From assembly GCA_043753995.1 (NCBI GenBank), contig JAYUVP010000159.1, positions 1 through 27,659 on the forward strand: DNA of 27,659 nt, in the 5' to 3' direction. The notes under the pieces are model-generated. The model was not told the DNA's origin. It saw only the letters and a list, made by a program, of their open reading frames with translations, and did no database searches. This document shows, one piece after another, positions 1 through 9,237 of the stretch. Origin of the DNA: Fibrobacterota bacterium. Its GTDB lineage: Bacteria; Fibrobacterota; Fibrobacteria; UBA11236. A program made the position numbers and the translations under genes. How positions within the stretch are numbered: position 1 is the stretch's first letter; each line of letters begins with the position of its first letter.

Positions 1-23
1 CTAACCAACTGAGCTACAGACCC
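1..23 (-). tRNA. 5' part of a tRNA gene, probably tRNA-Ile; truncated by the window edge
   Basis: Reverse complement reads GGGTCTGTAGCTCAGTTGGTTAG: acceptor strand, T8-A9 and D-arm GCTC-AGTTGGTTA. This 5' end is typical of tRNA-Ile(GAT), but the anticodon lies outside the window. Confidence 0.85.
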
Positions 24-81
24 ACGTGACCCCGAAGCCTTGAGACAAGGGGGCTTGTTCACGCAAACCGCGAAAGGTTGG

Positions 82-89
82 CAAACTTA
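82..89 (-). promoter_or_regulatory. TAnnTTTG (-7 type) promoter element upstream of the tRNA
   Basis: TAAGTTTG on the minus strand, 59 nt upstream of the tRNA 5' end. The same motif occurs at 1088-1095 and 14052-14059. Confidence 0.5.
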
Positions 90-108
90 GTTTCGCCGCT
101 TCTTGGAT

Positions 109-1083
109 TCAATGGTCCGACGCTAAAGTCATTGCTTTGTATGGGAAGTGGAGGCAAAAACGCTCCCAATTCCAGTTTACCGATTCCCAAGCCGCCTGCA
201 AGGACTCGCCATCCCAATTTTCCATGCCAGGGATTTGACTGCGAAAGTAAGTGCTCTGGCGTTTCGCATATTGCCGGGTTTTCGCGAGCAGGCGCGCCCG
301 TAAATCGCGCCTCGCAGCCGTCAGGGCCTTGCCTTCACCCTGTGGCGAGGACAGGAACTCCACCCACTCTCGATAGCCCACAGCCGTCAGGGCTGGGCAC
401 TCCGGGGCATGATGGCGCAACAGGTTAGCAACCTCCCCTTCCCAGTCACCCGACAACATGGCATCAAGCCTTTGCTCAATGCGGGCATGCAATTGGGCGC
501 GCGGACGATCCATAGCCAGGAGGCGGACCTTCGCGAAGGTGGGGTCCAGAACCTTAGCGCGGTTCTCGGCATAACTGCCATTGCGGCAAAGGGCATGCTC
601 TAGCCTCTTTTGCAGTCGATAGGCATCGGCACGATGCACACCCGCGAGGCCTTCGGGGTCTCGCTCGCTAAGCCAAGTGAAAACAGCATCCGAGCCTTCT
701 AGCTCCAGGCGTCGCGCCGCCTCTTGACGCACCGACTCCGGCACTTCGCCGCCATCGTCAGGTGCTGGATAAAGCAATTCGCGAAGGTAAAGGCCCGAGC
801 CTCCCACCGCCAAAACTGGCTGCGAGGTTTGCGCCAGGCTCGCCAGGGCGAGGCTGCGATAACGCTTCGGAGAATAGGCTTCGCTGGGATCGAGGACGCC
901 GAATAAAAGATGAGGCACGGTGTCGCGTTCAATCGCGGAGGGGGCCGCCGTGCCGATTTCAAGACCGCGATAAAGTTGGCGCGAATCGGCATTAAGCAAG
1001 GCCCAACCATTCGCCTGGGCCAAGCGCATGGCCATAGCCGATTTACCCGAAGCCGTCGGACCCGCTAAAACCGCAATAAGCAC
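109..1083 (-). CDS. miaA: tRNA (adenosine(37)-N6)-dimethylallyltransferase
   Basis: GPTASGKS P-loop, DSRQLY.GLEIGTA, VGGSGLY, AVGYRE and TRQYAKRQ.T motifs; GTG start. Confidence 0.96.
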   Translation of the reverse strand: MLIAVLAGPTASGKSAMAMRLAQANGWALLNADSRQLYRGLEIGTAAPSAIERDTVPHLLFGVLDPSEAYSPKRYRSLALASLAQTSQPVLAVGGSGLYLRELLYPAPDDGGEVPESVRQEAARRLELEGSDAVFTWLSERDPEGLAGVHRADAYRLQKRLEHALCRNGSYAENRAKVLDPTFAKVRLLAMDRPRAQLHARIEQRLDAMLSGDWEGEVANLLRHHAPECPALTAVGYREWVEFLSSPQGEGKALTAARRDLRARLLAKTRQYAKRQSTYFRSQIPGMENWDGESLQAAWESVNWNWERFCLHFPYKAMTLASDH

Positions 1084-1087
1084 GTCC

Positions 1088-1095
1088 CAAAGTTA
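1088..1095 (-). promoter_or_regulatory. TAnnTTTG promoter element of miaA
   Basis: TAACTTTG ends 4 nt before the miaA GTG; no Shine-Dalgarno sequence. Confidence 0.5.
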
Positions 1096-1162
1096 GCAGC
1101 CAACTCCAAGGTGTTGAGAAGATCCTAGAAAACCCCGGTGTTATTACCTTCCCAATGTCCTC

Positions 1163-2524
1163 ATGCTTTCCTTTCGTCGGATAGTGGTGATTCTCTTGCT
1201 CGCCGGCTTATTCATTGCCGGCGGCCTCGTCCTGCCCAAAGCCCTGGCGCATTTTGGATTAGGCATGGACTTGGATTTGGGTTTGAATTTCGGTTTGGGA
1301 AAAGCGCCCACCTCGGCAACTGAAACCGATAGCTTGGCAGCCCTCGCCTCCGATAGCGCCAGCGATGCTTGGGATCGAAATTTATTCCTTCCCTTGAATC
1401 GTGTATTGCATTTGCCTGCGAAAGCGGTGAAGCGCCGCCCGGACAAGGCGCTCATCACTTTTCCTAAGGGCCTGCCCCTGCATGAATACGCTTATACCCT
1501 GGAGCAGATTTGCAATCGCAATGGCATTGTCCTCGTGAATGCCGAGGAGCGCCGGGGCTTGGCGGGCGCGGGAAAAAATGCGATATACCTGCTTGCATGG
1601 AATCAAGACACCTTGAAGGTGGTCGCCTCCATGGGCCAAGAAGCCATGGCGGGTTCGGCAAGGCTCGCCTTGGTTTTCGCCGGATTGGACTCCATCACTC
1701 TTGCGGATGCAGCCCAAATCCAAAGCGCCGAATTTTCCTGCAATGTGGCCATAGACCCATTCAATCCCAATCCCGCCTTGCAGGCTCTCAAGGCTGGCTT
1801 GGGACGCGTTACGGTTTTATTGGACTTGCCCATGGAGCCTATGGCCTATCCCTATATCAATCCGGGAAAGCATGCGGTGTATTTGCATTTCAATGACGCC
1901 GCGGTGAAACAATTGCTAGACGAAGCCTTGGGACTTTTACCCAATGCCCAAGGGGTGGCCACGCGTTACGGCGATCGCGCCATAGAAAATCGACCCTTGC
2001 TCAAACGTCTCTACTCCTATTTGACTCCACGCCATTTGCCCTTGCTCGATCTCACGGGTTCGCCTCGCAGCTTGGCACGCGAAGTTGCTGGCGAGAATGG
2101 TGCGCTCTGTCAAAGAGCGTACCTGCTCACCGACAGCCTGGAAGTGGAAATGGAATTCGCCCGCAAGGTTGCCCAGGCGGTGAAGTCCGGAGAGGCGGTC
2201 TTGGCCTTGCAATATTCTCGCGGCGGTTTTCAGAAACTGTCCCGCAGCCTCGCCGATCGCGAGGGCGAATTCGAGTCCATGGGATTGGCCTTGGTACCGC
2301 TTTCCCGTCTCGGTTTTCGTCCCAAGGGAAATGCCGCCGACAGCTCGGTTGTCGCTAGCCCCAAATCCGAGATAACCAAAGCCACCAAACCGTTGGAAAA
2401 AAAATCGGCTCTGGCAAAAAAAGCAGCTCCCGCAAAAAAACCGGCAGCTTTGAAAAAACCAGCACCGGCAAAAAAACCAAGTTCGCCTCGCAGGCCGGAA
2501 GCAAAACCAATCAAAACTCGGTGA
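1163..2524 (+). CDS. Membrane-anchored divergent polysaccharide deacetylase (YibQ/Polysacc_deac_2)-like protein with Lys/Ala/Pro-rich tail
   Basis: N-terminal hydrophobic helix; LPMEP.YP..NPG, LP.A.GV, A...G.AV and G..LVPLS segments match the family; C-terminal AKKP repeats. Confidence 0.8.
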   Translation: MLSFRRIVVILLLAGLFIAGGLVLPKALAHFGLGMDLDLGLNFGLGKAPTSATETDSLAALASDSASDAWDRNLFLPLNRVLHLPAKAVKRRPDKALITFPKGLPLHEYAYTLEQICNRNGIVLVNAEERRGLAGAGKNAIYLLAWNQDTLKVVASMGQEAMAGSARLALVFAGLDSITLADAAQIQSAEFSCNVAIDPFNPNPALQALKAGLGRVTVLLDLPMEPMAYPYINPGKHAVYLHFNDAAVKQLLDEALGLLPNAQGVATRYGDRAIENRPLLKRLYSYLTPRHLPLLDLTGSPRSLAREVAGENGALCQRAYLLTDSLEVEMEFARKVAQAVKSGEAVLALQYSRGGFQKLSRSLADREGEFESMGLALVPLSRLGFRPKGNAADSSVVASPKSEITKATKPLEKKSALAKKAAPAKKPAALKKPAPAKKPSSPRRPEAKPIKTR

Positions 2525-2568
2525 AAAACTATTCTTGAGGACGGTCCGTCACCGTAGGGGAGTTTGTC

Positions 2569-3288
2569 ATGGCAAAGCTCGGAGTCAATATCGATCATGT
2601 GGCCACCTTGAGGCAGGCGCGCAAAGGTCGCGAGCCCGATCCCGTGGCGGCTGCGGTGCTTTGTGAATTGGCGGGCTGCGACGGCATCACCGTGCACTTG
2701 CGCGAGGATAGGCGCCATATTCAGGATCGCGACGTGCGCCTCTTGCGGCAAACCGTGACCACCCATCTCAATCTCGAAATGGCGCCGACGGCCGACATGC
2801 TGCAATACGCCATCGACATTTTGCCCGACATGGTGACTCTGGTTCCCGAGCGCCGCGAAGAACTCACCACCGAGGGCGGCCTCGACGTGGCTGGCAAGGT
2901 CGAGGACTTGACCCGCTTCACCAATTCGCTACACAAGCACAATATCCAGGTTTCCATGTTCATCGACGCCGACTTGCATCAAGTCAAAGCCACCAAGCGC
3001 ACGGGCGCGGGCATGATTGAATTGCATACCGGCAGTTTCGCGAGCGCCTATGACATGGGCCAAAGCACTTGGGAAGACGAACTCGACAAGCTCAAGAACA
3101 TGTCCGAGCTGGCCCAAAAAATGGACCTCATCGTCAATGCCGGCCACGGCCTCAATTATCGCAATGTTAAATTCGTCTCACAAATCAAAGGAATCTGGGA
3201 ATTGAATATCGGGCATAGCATCATGAGCCGGGCCATGCTAGTCGGCATGGAACGCGCCGTGCGTGACATGCTGGTTTTGTTGCAGTAA
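2569..3288 (+). CDS. pdxJ: Pyridoxine 5'-phosphate synthase
   Basis: [46 protein letters not shown] and LNIGHSI motifs; GGAG RBS. Confidence 0.98.
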   Translation: MAKLGVNIDHVATLRQARKGREPDPVAAAVLCELAGCDGITVHLREDRRHIQDRDVRLLRQTVTTHLNLEMAPTADMLQYAIDILPDMVTLVPERREELTTEGGLDVAGKVEDLTRFTNSLHKHNIQVSMFIDADLHQVKATKRTGAGMIELHTGSFASAYDMGQSTWEDELDKLKNMSELAQKMDLIVNAGHGLNYRNVKFVSQIKGIWELNIGHSIMSRAMLVGMERAVRDMLVLLQ

Positions 3289-3303
3289 CTCGCTTAAAAG
3301 GTC

Positions 3304-3378
3304 GGGGGTGGCATCCGCCTCCCCCAGTCTCGGCCTGCCCACCGTTTAAGCAGGGTCGGCCTCGACTTCCCCTCCGGC
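3304..3378 (-). repeat. Structured ~75-bp intergenic repeat, copy A (inverted)
   Basis: Minus strand reads GCCGGAGGGGA-AGTC-GAG-GCCGAC-N15-GGCAGGC-CGA-GACT-GGGGGAGGCGGATGCCACCCCC and aligns with 4615-4689 and 12938-13011. Confidence 0.85.
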
Positions 3379-3379
3379 T

Positions 3380-4507
3380 TTATTTCTGGTGGCGCAAAGT
3401 GAAGTCCGTGTCATTCAAGGCGGCGAGAAAGGCCAGTAAGGCCTTGCGCTCGTCAGGGCTTAGGCCCAATCCCCTGCGACCCGGAAATTTTGCTGAGGGA
3501 TGATCCGGATTATGAATATTGGCATCCAGAGTGGCGGTGTATATTCCGCCGGTTTCATAAAAATCCAGGACTTCCTCCAAGGTGGCGAAGCGGCCATCAT
3601 GCATATAGGGTGCGGTGAAGGTGAGATTGCGCAGGCTGGGTGTTTTCCACTTGCCCATTTCACTGGCATTTCCGGTATGCCTGCCTTGACCTGTTCCTTC
3701 CACCACGGAATCCAAACCGATATTGGCAAATGCGAATTTGGTGAAAAAGGGCTCGGCATGGCAGGCGGCGCAATCGCCCTTTTCGGAATTGAAAATTTCA
3801 AAGCCGAGTTCTTCTTCGGCGGTCAAGTGGATCTTGCCTGCCTTCCAGGCATCATAACGTGAGCCAACCGAGATCAAGGTGCGCTCGAATTGAGCCAAGG
3901 CCCGTGCCGTAAGCATGGAATCCATTTCGACATCGCCAAAGGCTCGTCGAAAAGCTTTCCGATAGCTGGGATTCGCTTGCAGGCGACGCACGGCTAGGCT
4001 CCAGGGAAGCGCCATTTCTTTCACATTGGGAACGGGATGCAAGGCTTGGTCCTCAAGCGAAAAGGAGCGCCCATCCCAAAACATAAAGCCGGCCCAAGCG
4101 AGATTGAAAATGGACGGAGAGTTCAAGGTACCGGTACGGTTTTTAATTCCGAGACTCATTTTTTTTCCCTGATCGGCAAAGGCATGCGCCGGGTGATGAC
4201 AGGAAGCGCAGGAAAGCGTGCTATCGAGCGATAGAATGGGGTCGTGGAAAAGGGTTTTGCCCAAGGCCACTCCTTCGACCGTCAAGGGATTCTCGCCAAC
4301 GATGGGCATCTTGCCAAGGGCTTGGGCTTCCAAAACCAAGGGCGTGGGCGGCACCCAAGTTTCCTCTTTGATTTCAGGCACGGTTACAGGTGCGGCAGGC
4401 ACCCGGACCCCATCCTCCAAGCATCCCGTAAGGGTGAGCACCATGGCCAGGATGCCAATGCAATAGCGCAATTCAAGCGCTGCTGTCAGGCGGGAAAAGC
4501 AAGGCAT
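3380..4507 (-). CDS. Di-heme cytochrome c peroxidase/MauG (MbnH-like) family lipoprotein
   Basis: Two heme motifs (CASCH, CAACH), LG..LF.DP.LS, FWDGR..SLE.QA and KTPSLRN..TAPYMHDG; lipobox LTGC. Exact start uncertain. Confidence 0.92.
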   Translation of the reverse strand: MPCFSRLTAALELRYCIGILAMVLTLTGCLEDGVRVPAAPVTVPEIKEETWVPPTPLVLEAQALGKMPIVGENPLTVEGVALGKTLFHDPILSLDSTLSCASCHHPAHAFADQGKKMSLGIKNRTGTLNSPSIFNLAWAGFMFWDGRSFSLEDQALHPVPNVKEMALPWSLAVRRLQANPSYRKAFRRAFGDVEMDSMLTARALAQFERTLISVGSRYDAWKAGKIHLTAEEELGFEIFNSEKGDCAACHAEPFFTKFAFANIGLDSVVEGTGQGRHTGNASEMGKWKTPSLRNLTFTAPYMHDGRFATLEEVLDFYETGGIYTATLDANIHNPDHPSAKFPGRRGLGLSPDERKALLAFLAALNDTDFTLRHQK

Positions 4508-4538
4508 GCTGGGATAATATATCCGGTGCTTCTTGCTG

Positions 4539-4556
4539 GCTTGATTTAAATCAAGC
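4539..4556. promoter_or_regulatory. FNR-type binding site (TTGAT-N4-ATCAA)
   Basis: Perfect 18-bp palindrome GCTTGATTTAAATCAAGC with the canonical core at 4541-4554, centred ~40 bp upstream of the peroxidase start; minus-strand TATTAT at 4514-4519. Confidence 0.8.
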
Positions 4557-4614
4557 GACCCATTTGCATCCTTGTCCCACCTAGTCGAGCATCATTTCGA
4601 AGCTCAAGCGAATC

Positions 4615-4689
4615 GCCGGTGGGGAGGACGAGGCCGACAACTCCTACCGGGGCAAGGCGGGCCGAGTCCGGGGGCGGCAGGCCGCCCAC
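4615..4689 (+). repeat. Structured ~75-bp intergenic repeat, copy B
   Basis: GCCGGTGGGGA-GGAC-GAG-GCCGAC-N17-GGCGGGC-CGA-GTCC-GGGGGCGGCAGGCCGCCCAC. Confidence 0.88.
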
Positions 4690-4719
4690 GAAAAGAAGTT
4701 CAGCATTATATTCAACCTT

Positions 4720-5961
4720 ATGCCGCCCACCTCGTACAAGCCTCAGAACCTAGCCAGAAACGTCTGTTTTTCCCTGGCGCTCAGTCTGGTAGCATTATTA
4801 ACGGGTTGCCCCACCGATGACGAAGCCTCCTTGAGCCGCCCTGCGGGTTCACTTGCCGTCGGAGGTTATTACGAGGTGCATTTCGGCGATGCTTGCGGAA
4901 GTTCGGGCGGTAAAATGCCGTCGCTTTGCCGCAGCGAAGGCTTGGTCACCTTGGATTCCATTGTGTCGACCAATACTCAAGTTTTGCGAATCGTCCCAGC
5001 CAAAGAGGCGGGCGGAGGGGCCCAGGATACCCATCTCGTTTATCTCGGTGTCGCGCCAGGCAAGGCCAAGGTGAGGGCCTATGGGCGATTCCGCGATGGA
5101 TCGTATCGATCGGATGACGTGGAGATTACTGTAAAATCTGTGACGAGTTTAAAAATCAAACAAGAATGCAATGACGATTCCAGCGGAGTCATAAGCGCCT
5201 TGCCGGAGGAGGTCGTGCTTTTCAATGCCTATCCCATGGCTGGCAAAGAAGAACTCCAGGGCTGCATTCCGCAGCTTTTGGATTCGGTGCCAGGTCTGAC
5301 CCAGTCCTGCACGGGTTGGTGGACTCGAGCGATTTGGAAAGCTCCGCAAACCGCAATTCAAGTCTCATTGAAAGCGCGTATGCTGTCCAAGCCGGTGGCG
5401 ACCCTGCGGACTCTTTCGTTATCGGATATCTCCGATGTGCGAATCACCGATGTGAATCAGCCGCCCTATTCCCTATCCAAGCCGGACAGTTTTGCAATGT
5501 ACGTGCGCATGTCCACGGGAACCTTGCCCCTTTGCAAAATGCCGTCGGCCACCTTGCGCACCTTGACTCCGGAGGTTTGCACGAGCCCGCAAGGAGAAAC
5601 CCAGTGGACGCGAGCGACCACGGGTTATGTCTTTGTCAAAGGCTTGCGCGAAGGGCGATGCCAATTGCAAGCCAGCTTGGATGGGCAGAAGTGGTTCGGC
5701 ACACGTAGCTTGGCCTTATTTTTTTCCACCCCGCGACCGGATATATCCATGGATTTTGCAGGCTTCGGAAATCCCTGCAAGATCGAGGGCGCCACGACTT
5801 GCAGCTATGGGCTTTCTAGTCAGGCGGTATGCCGGGACAAGCGCTGGTCTTCACTTAAAACCTGCGCGGCCGAAGAGACCTGTGACTTCTTAGTGAATGG
5901 CGAAAAGGGCTGCCTGGCTGACGCGTCTTGCGCCGCCTGCCGCGGCCTACGAGCGCAGTGA
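4720..5961 (+). CDS. Cys-rich lipoprotein of unknown function (probable Ig-like modules plus disulfide-rich C-terminus)
   Basis: 413-aa ORF; hydrophobic stretch with lipobox LTGC; many Cys, densest in the last ~60 aa. Confidence 0.75.
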   Translation: MPPTSYKPQNLARNVCFSLALSLVALLTGCPTDDEASLSRPAGSLAVGGYYEVHFGDACGSSGGKMPSLCRSEGLVTLDSIVSTNTQVLRIVPAKEAGGGAQDTHLVYLGVAPGKAKVRAYGRFRDGSYRSDDVEITVKSVTSLKIKQECNDDSSGVISALPEEVVLFNAYPMAGKEELQGCIPQLLDSVPGLTQSCTGWWTRAIWKAPQTAIQVSLKARMLSKPVATLRTLSLSDISDVRITDVNQPPYSLSKPDSFAMYVRMSTGTLPLCKMPSATLRTLTPEVCTSPQGETQWTRATTGYVFVKGLREGRCQLQASLDGQKWFGTRSLALFFSTPRPDISMDFAGFGNPCKIEGATTCSYGLSSQAVCRDKRWSSLKTCAAEETCDFLVNGEKGCLADASCAACRGLRAQ

Positions 5962-6029
5962 AGTTTTAAGGGAGGATTCAAAGCAAATCCTACCTTGCCT
6001 TCCTTCTCGATTCGGAAGAATGCAAGACC

Positions 6030-7301
6030 ATGACAACAAGGCCAAATTCGCCTGCCCGCATTTTATTCGCCAGCCTTATCGGCACGGCCATCGAATTCTT
6101 TGACTTCTATATCTATGCCACGGCAGCCGTGCTGGTTTTTCCGCATTTGTTTTTTCCGAAATCCGATCCGGCTTCGGCCACATTGCAATCCCTAGCCACC
6201 TTTGCCCTCGCCTTTTTCGCACGCCCTGTGGGCTCCGCGCTGTTCGGGCATTTCGGCGATCGCATCGGCCGCAAGGCGACTCTGGTCGCGGCCTTGCTTA
6301 CTATGGGTATTTCGACGGTGCTCATCGGACTTTTGCCCGGCTATGATCAAATCGGACTTTGGGCTCCGATTCTGCTTTCGCTTTGCCGCCTGGGGCAAGG
6401 GCTTGGTTTGGGAGGCGAATGGGGCGGGGCCGTGCTTCTGGCCACCGAGAATGCCCCGCCGGGGAAACGCGCATGGTACGGTATGTTTCCACAATTGGGC
6501 GCACCCATCGGCTTCATTCTCTCGAATGGTTTCTTTTTGCTTTTGAGCCGAGGCCTGACCGACGCTCAATTCATGTCTTATGGCTGGCGCATTCCCTTTC
6601 TTGCAAGCGCTGCCTTGGTTTGGGTTGGATTATTCGTGCGGCTGCGTTTGGAAGAAACTCCGGTTTTCCTTAAAGACCGGGAGCGCAAAGAAAGCGTGTC
6701 GATACCCTTCGTGGAGGTTTTCAAAACACATACGCCTACTCTCCTTCTAGGAACCCTGCTCGCCCTCACGGTTTTCGTTGACTTCTATTTGATGACGGTT
6801 TTCACCTTGGCTTGGGGCACCAAGCATTTGGGGTATACCCGCGAAGCGTTTTTGCTCATGCAAATGCTGGGCGTGGTGTTTTTCGGATTGACCATACCTC
6901 TGTCGTCCTGGCTCGCCGATCGCTATGGGAGGCGACACTCACAAATGATCATCCTGGCGGCCGTCATCGCTTTCGGCTTGGGCTTCGGCTCCCTTTTCGG
7001 ATCGGGAAATACGGTCTTGGTTGCCCTGTCGCTATGTCTGGGCTTGGGCTTAATGGGTCTTTGCTATGGCCCGCTCGGCGCCATGCTCTCCGAGCTTTTC
7101 CCCACGCGGGTGCGCTATACAGGAGCGTCCTTGACCTTTAATCTCGCGGGCATATTCGGCGCGTCTTTGGCGCCGTATGCTGCCACCTATTTGGCCACCC
7201 ACTACGGCTTGCCCTTTGTCGGTTATTATCTAGCCTGTGCCGCGGGGATTTCTTTCGTGGCCTTATTTGTCCTACGTGAAACGAAACACAAGGAGTTGTG
7301 A
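6030..7301 (+). CDS. MFS transporter, metabolite:H+ symporter (MHS; YhjE/ShiA-like)
   Basis: GTAIEFFDFYIY, FGHFGDRIGRK, RLGQGLGLGGEWGGA, WRIPFL, LEETPVF and ELFPTRVRYTG motifs; about 12 hydrophobic segments. Confidence 0.95.
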   Translation: MTTRPNSPARILFASLIGTAIEFFDFYIYATAAVLVFPHLFFPKSDPASATLQSLATFALAFFARPVGSALFGHFGDRIGRKATLVAALLTMGISTVLIGLLPGYDQIGLWAPILLSLCRLGQGLGLGGEWGGAVLLATENAPPGKRAWYGMFPQLGAPIGFILSNGFFLLLSRGLTDAQFMSYGWRIPFLASAALVWVGLFVRLRLEETPVFLKDRERKESVSIPFVEVFKTHTPTLLLGTLLALTVFVDFYLMTVFTLAWGTKHLGYTREAFLLMQMLGVVFFGLTIPLSSWLADRYGRRHSQMIILAAVIAFGLGFGSLFGSGNTVLVALSLCLGLGLMGLCYGPLGAMLSELFPTRVRYTGASLTFNLAGIFGASLAPYAATYLATHYGLPFVGYYLACAAGISFVALFVLRETKHKEL

Positions 7302-8293
7302 TGAATTTCAACTGGAAAACCAAAAAGCGAATACTTACCATGACCCACTTTTTGCGATCCCCTTACCTATCCTGGATAAGCCCATGTCTATTCGGTGTCA
7401 TGGCCTTGATTATACCTGCTCTGCCCGCAGACACCACCCGGGTCCTTCTTTTTCACAAGCAAAACGGTTTCATTCACACTGCAACCGGCGATATCGTGGA
7501 TCGAATCAAGGCCGACCTCCTTTCCCATGGGATTGCCGTCGAGACTACCCTCGACTCTTTGGCTTTCACCGCCCAAAACCTGGCGCGTTTTAAGGCCGTG
7601 GTTTTCATCAATACCAATTACCGCAATGGACCTTTATTGGCCAGGGCCCAAGAGGTAGCCTTCGAGACTTATTTGCAAACCGGGGGAGGGTTTGCTGGCA
7701 TCCACAGCGCGGTTCCGCTCAATGGCACGGCAGAAGAAGCGATATGGCCTTGGTATGCCCGACTCTTCGGGGCACGATTCCGTTCCCATGCGCCTTACCG
7801 ACGCGCATCTATGATCATTGAGAATAAGAATCACCCGTCTACCCAAGGTCTGCCCACTCGCATTTCACTCGACGATGAGTGGTATGCCGTGCAAACGAAT
7901 CCACGTAGCGTGGCGGGCATTCAAATCTTGGCCACGGTGGATGAAACCGGTTTTTTACCCGAAAGCAAAATGAATGGCGATCACCCCGTGAGTTGGCATC
8001 ACCTTTTTGAGGGTGCCAGGGCTTGGATGACCTTGGTCGGCCATGATATGGCCGCATTTTCCAATGCCGATTTCTTAACTCATATTCGAGGTGGTATCGT
8101 GTGGGCGGCAAGTTCTGATAGCGCGACAACTTCTTTGCAATTCACTGGCGGTCGGCCGATAGAAAAGAAGGCACAACCAGAGTTAAGGCCAAGCCTTAGG
8201 GGACAGCTTGATTTATTTTCTCAGAGAAATCAGCCCAAGGGCAACCGAGTATTCCTTCGAATCAATGGCACCTTGATACAAATGCATCGTTAG
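7301..8293 (+). CDS. Secreted ThuA-like (class I glutamine amidotransferase-like) protein with basic C-terminal tail
   Basis: GFIH, GGGFAGIHSA, GA.F..H, HPST.GLP, DEWY, DHPVSW and T.VGH motifs. ATG at 7301 overlaps the MFS stop (TGATG), with AGGAG upstream. Confidence 0.88.
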   Translation: MNFNWKTKKRILTMTHFLRSPYLSWISPCLFGVMALIIPALPADTTRVLLFHKQNGFIHTATGDIVDRIKADLLSHGIAVETTLDSLAFTAQNLARFKAVVFINTNYRNGPLLARAQEVAFETYLQTGGGFAGIHSAVPLNGTAEEAIWPWYARLFGARFRSHAPYRRASMIIENKNHPSTQGLPTRISLDDEWYAVQTNPRSVAGIQILATVDETGFLPESKMNGDHPVSWHHLFEGARAWMTLVGHDMAAFSNADFLTHIRGGIVWAASSDSATTSLQFTGGRPIEKKAQPELRPSLRGQLDLFSQRNQPKGNRVFLRINGTLIQMHR

Positions 8294-9237
8294 AATGGGG
8301 CACGGAGTAATCCAAATTTTTGCCTTCCATTTACCGAATGGGTTCGATAATAATTGGGATGTAAATCACGGTTATTGAAAACTCCCGCTTCAAATACTCG
8401 GCCTTGTCCGATTCGCCCATTCTGCACCCTTTCGCCGAGGGATCGAAACCTTCCCGGAATGGCAATGGACACCACAGGGTCACAAAGATCGCGGGTATCG
8501 CCCTCCACGCAGGGGAGGATATGTTCCAGACCGTTCCTTACCATGCGCCGAAAATTGGTATTTGAGAATATGCCGGATCCATTGCCTAAAATGGTGGTGA
8601 AAACCCTGGATTTCCCGGCTTTACGCGACCATGCGACGGGACCATCCGCTTCGGCAAAGTCGGTTTTGAAAATCACATCATTGTCAGCCGCGAAGGTCAT
8701 ATTGAAATACATCTCGTCATTGACCGTGTAGGATGCGGGAAGACCTTGCGCAAGCGGATGTCCGGTTCTGGCTGCCAGCACATTTATGTTCACGGGAATC
8801 TTATAAGTAGAGAGGCTGTCGGAATAATAGTTGGCGCTGCGGTATTTGCCTCCCGCCATGGCCTCAAATGCTGGGAAATGGGGATAGGCTGCCACCGAGT
8901 GGTGGAGCACAAACATGCCCACGCCCTTGTTCAACAAAGCCTGGAAATTCTCTTTATGGCGCTCGGTGAGATTGTCACCGGGATTCTGGTGATTATAAAA
9001 AACCAGAATATCATAATTCCACCCGGTGATGGTCTCGAAAACCTCATGCCCCTTGGCCAAAGTCCGGTTCGTATAGGTTGCTCCGAAACTGTTCCACATG
9101 GCATTGAAGGCGGCTGTATCGTAAGCATGGCCGCCTGTCACTACGAGAATTCGAGAGGTCGGTTTGATTTGCGCCGAGGCCGTTCGCGCCTCCAAGGAAA
9201 TCATAGCGGCCAGCATAGCGAGCCATTTTGCCTTCAT
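8290..9237 (-). CDS. Secreted ThuA-like domain protein with basic C-terminal tail
   Basis: Signal peptide MKAKW..ASA; ILVVTGGH, G.G..VLHH, HP...GLP, DEMY, PVAW and RVF..ILG motifs. ATG at 9237 overlaps the upstream stop (ATGA). Confidence 0.85.
   Translation of the reverse strand: MKAKWLAMLAAMISLEARTASAQIKPTSRILVVTGGHAYDTAAFNAMWNSFGATYTNRTLAKGHEVFETITGWNYDILVFYNHQNPGDNLTERHKENFQALLNKGVGMFVLHHSVAAYPHFPAFEAMAGGKYRSANYYSDSLSTYKIPVNINVLAARTGHPLAQGLPASYTVNDEMYFNMTFAADNDVIFKTDFAEADGPVAWSRKAGKSRVFTTILGNGSGIFSNTNFRRMVRNGLEHILPCVEGDTRDLCDPVVSIAIPGRFRSLGERVQNGRIGQGRVFEAGVFNNRDLHPNYYRTHSVNGRQKFGLLRAPF

Noticed and set aside
2397..2476. Poly-A runs as a phase-variation tract
   Set aside because: Runs are at most 8 nt, are explained by Lys-Lys codons and lie at the far 3' end of the gene.
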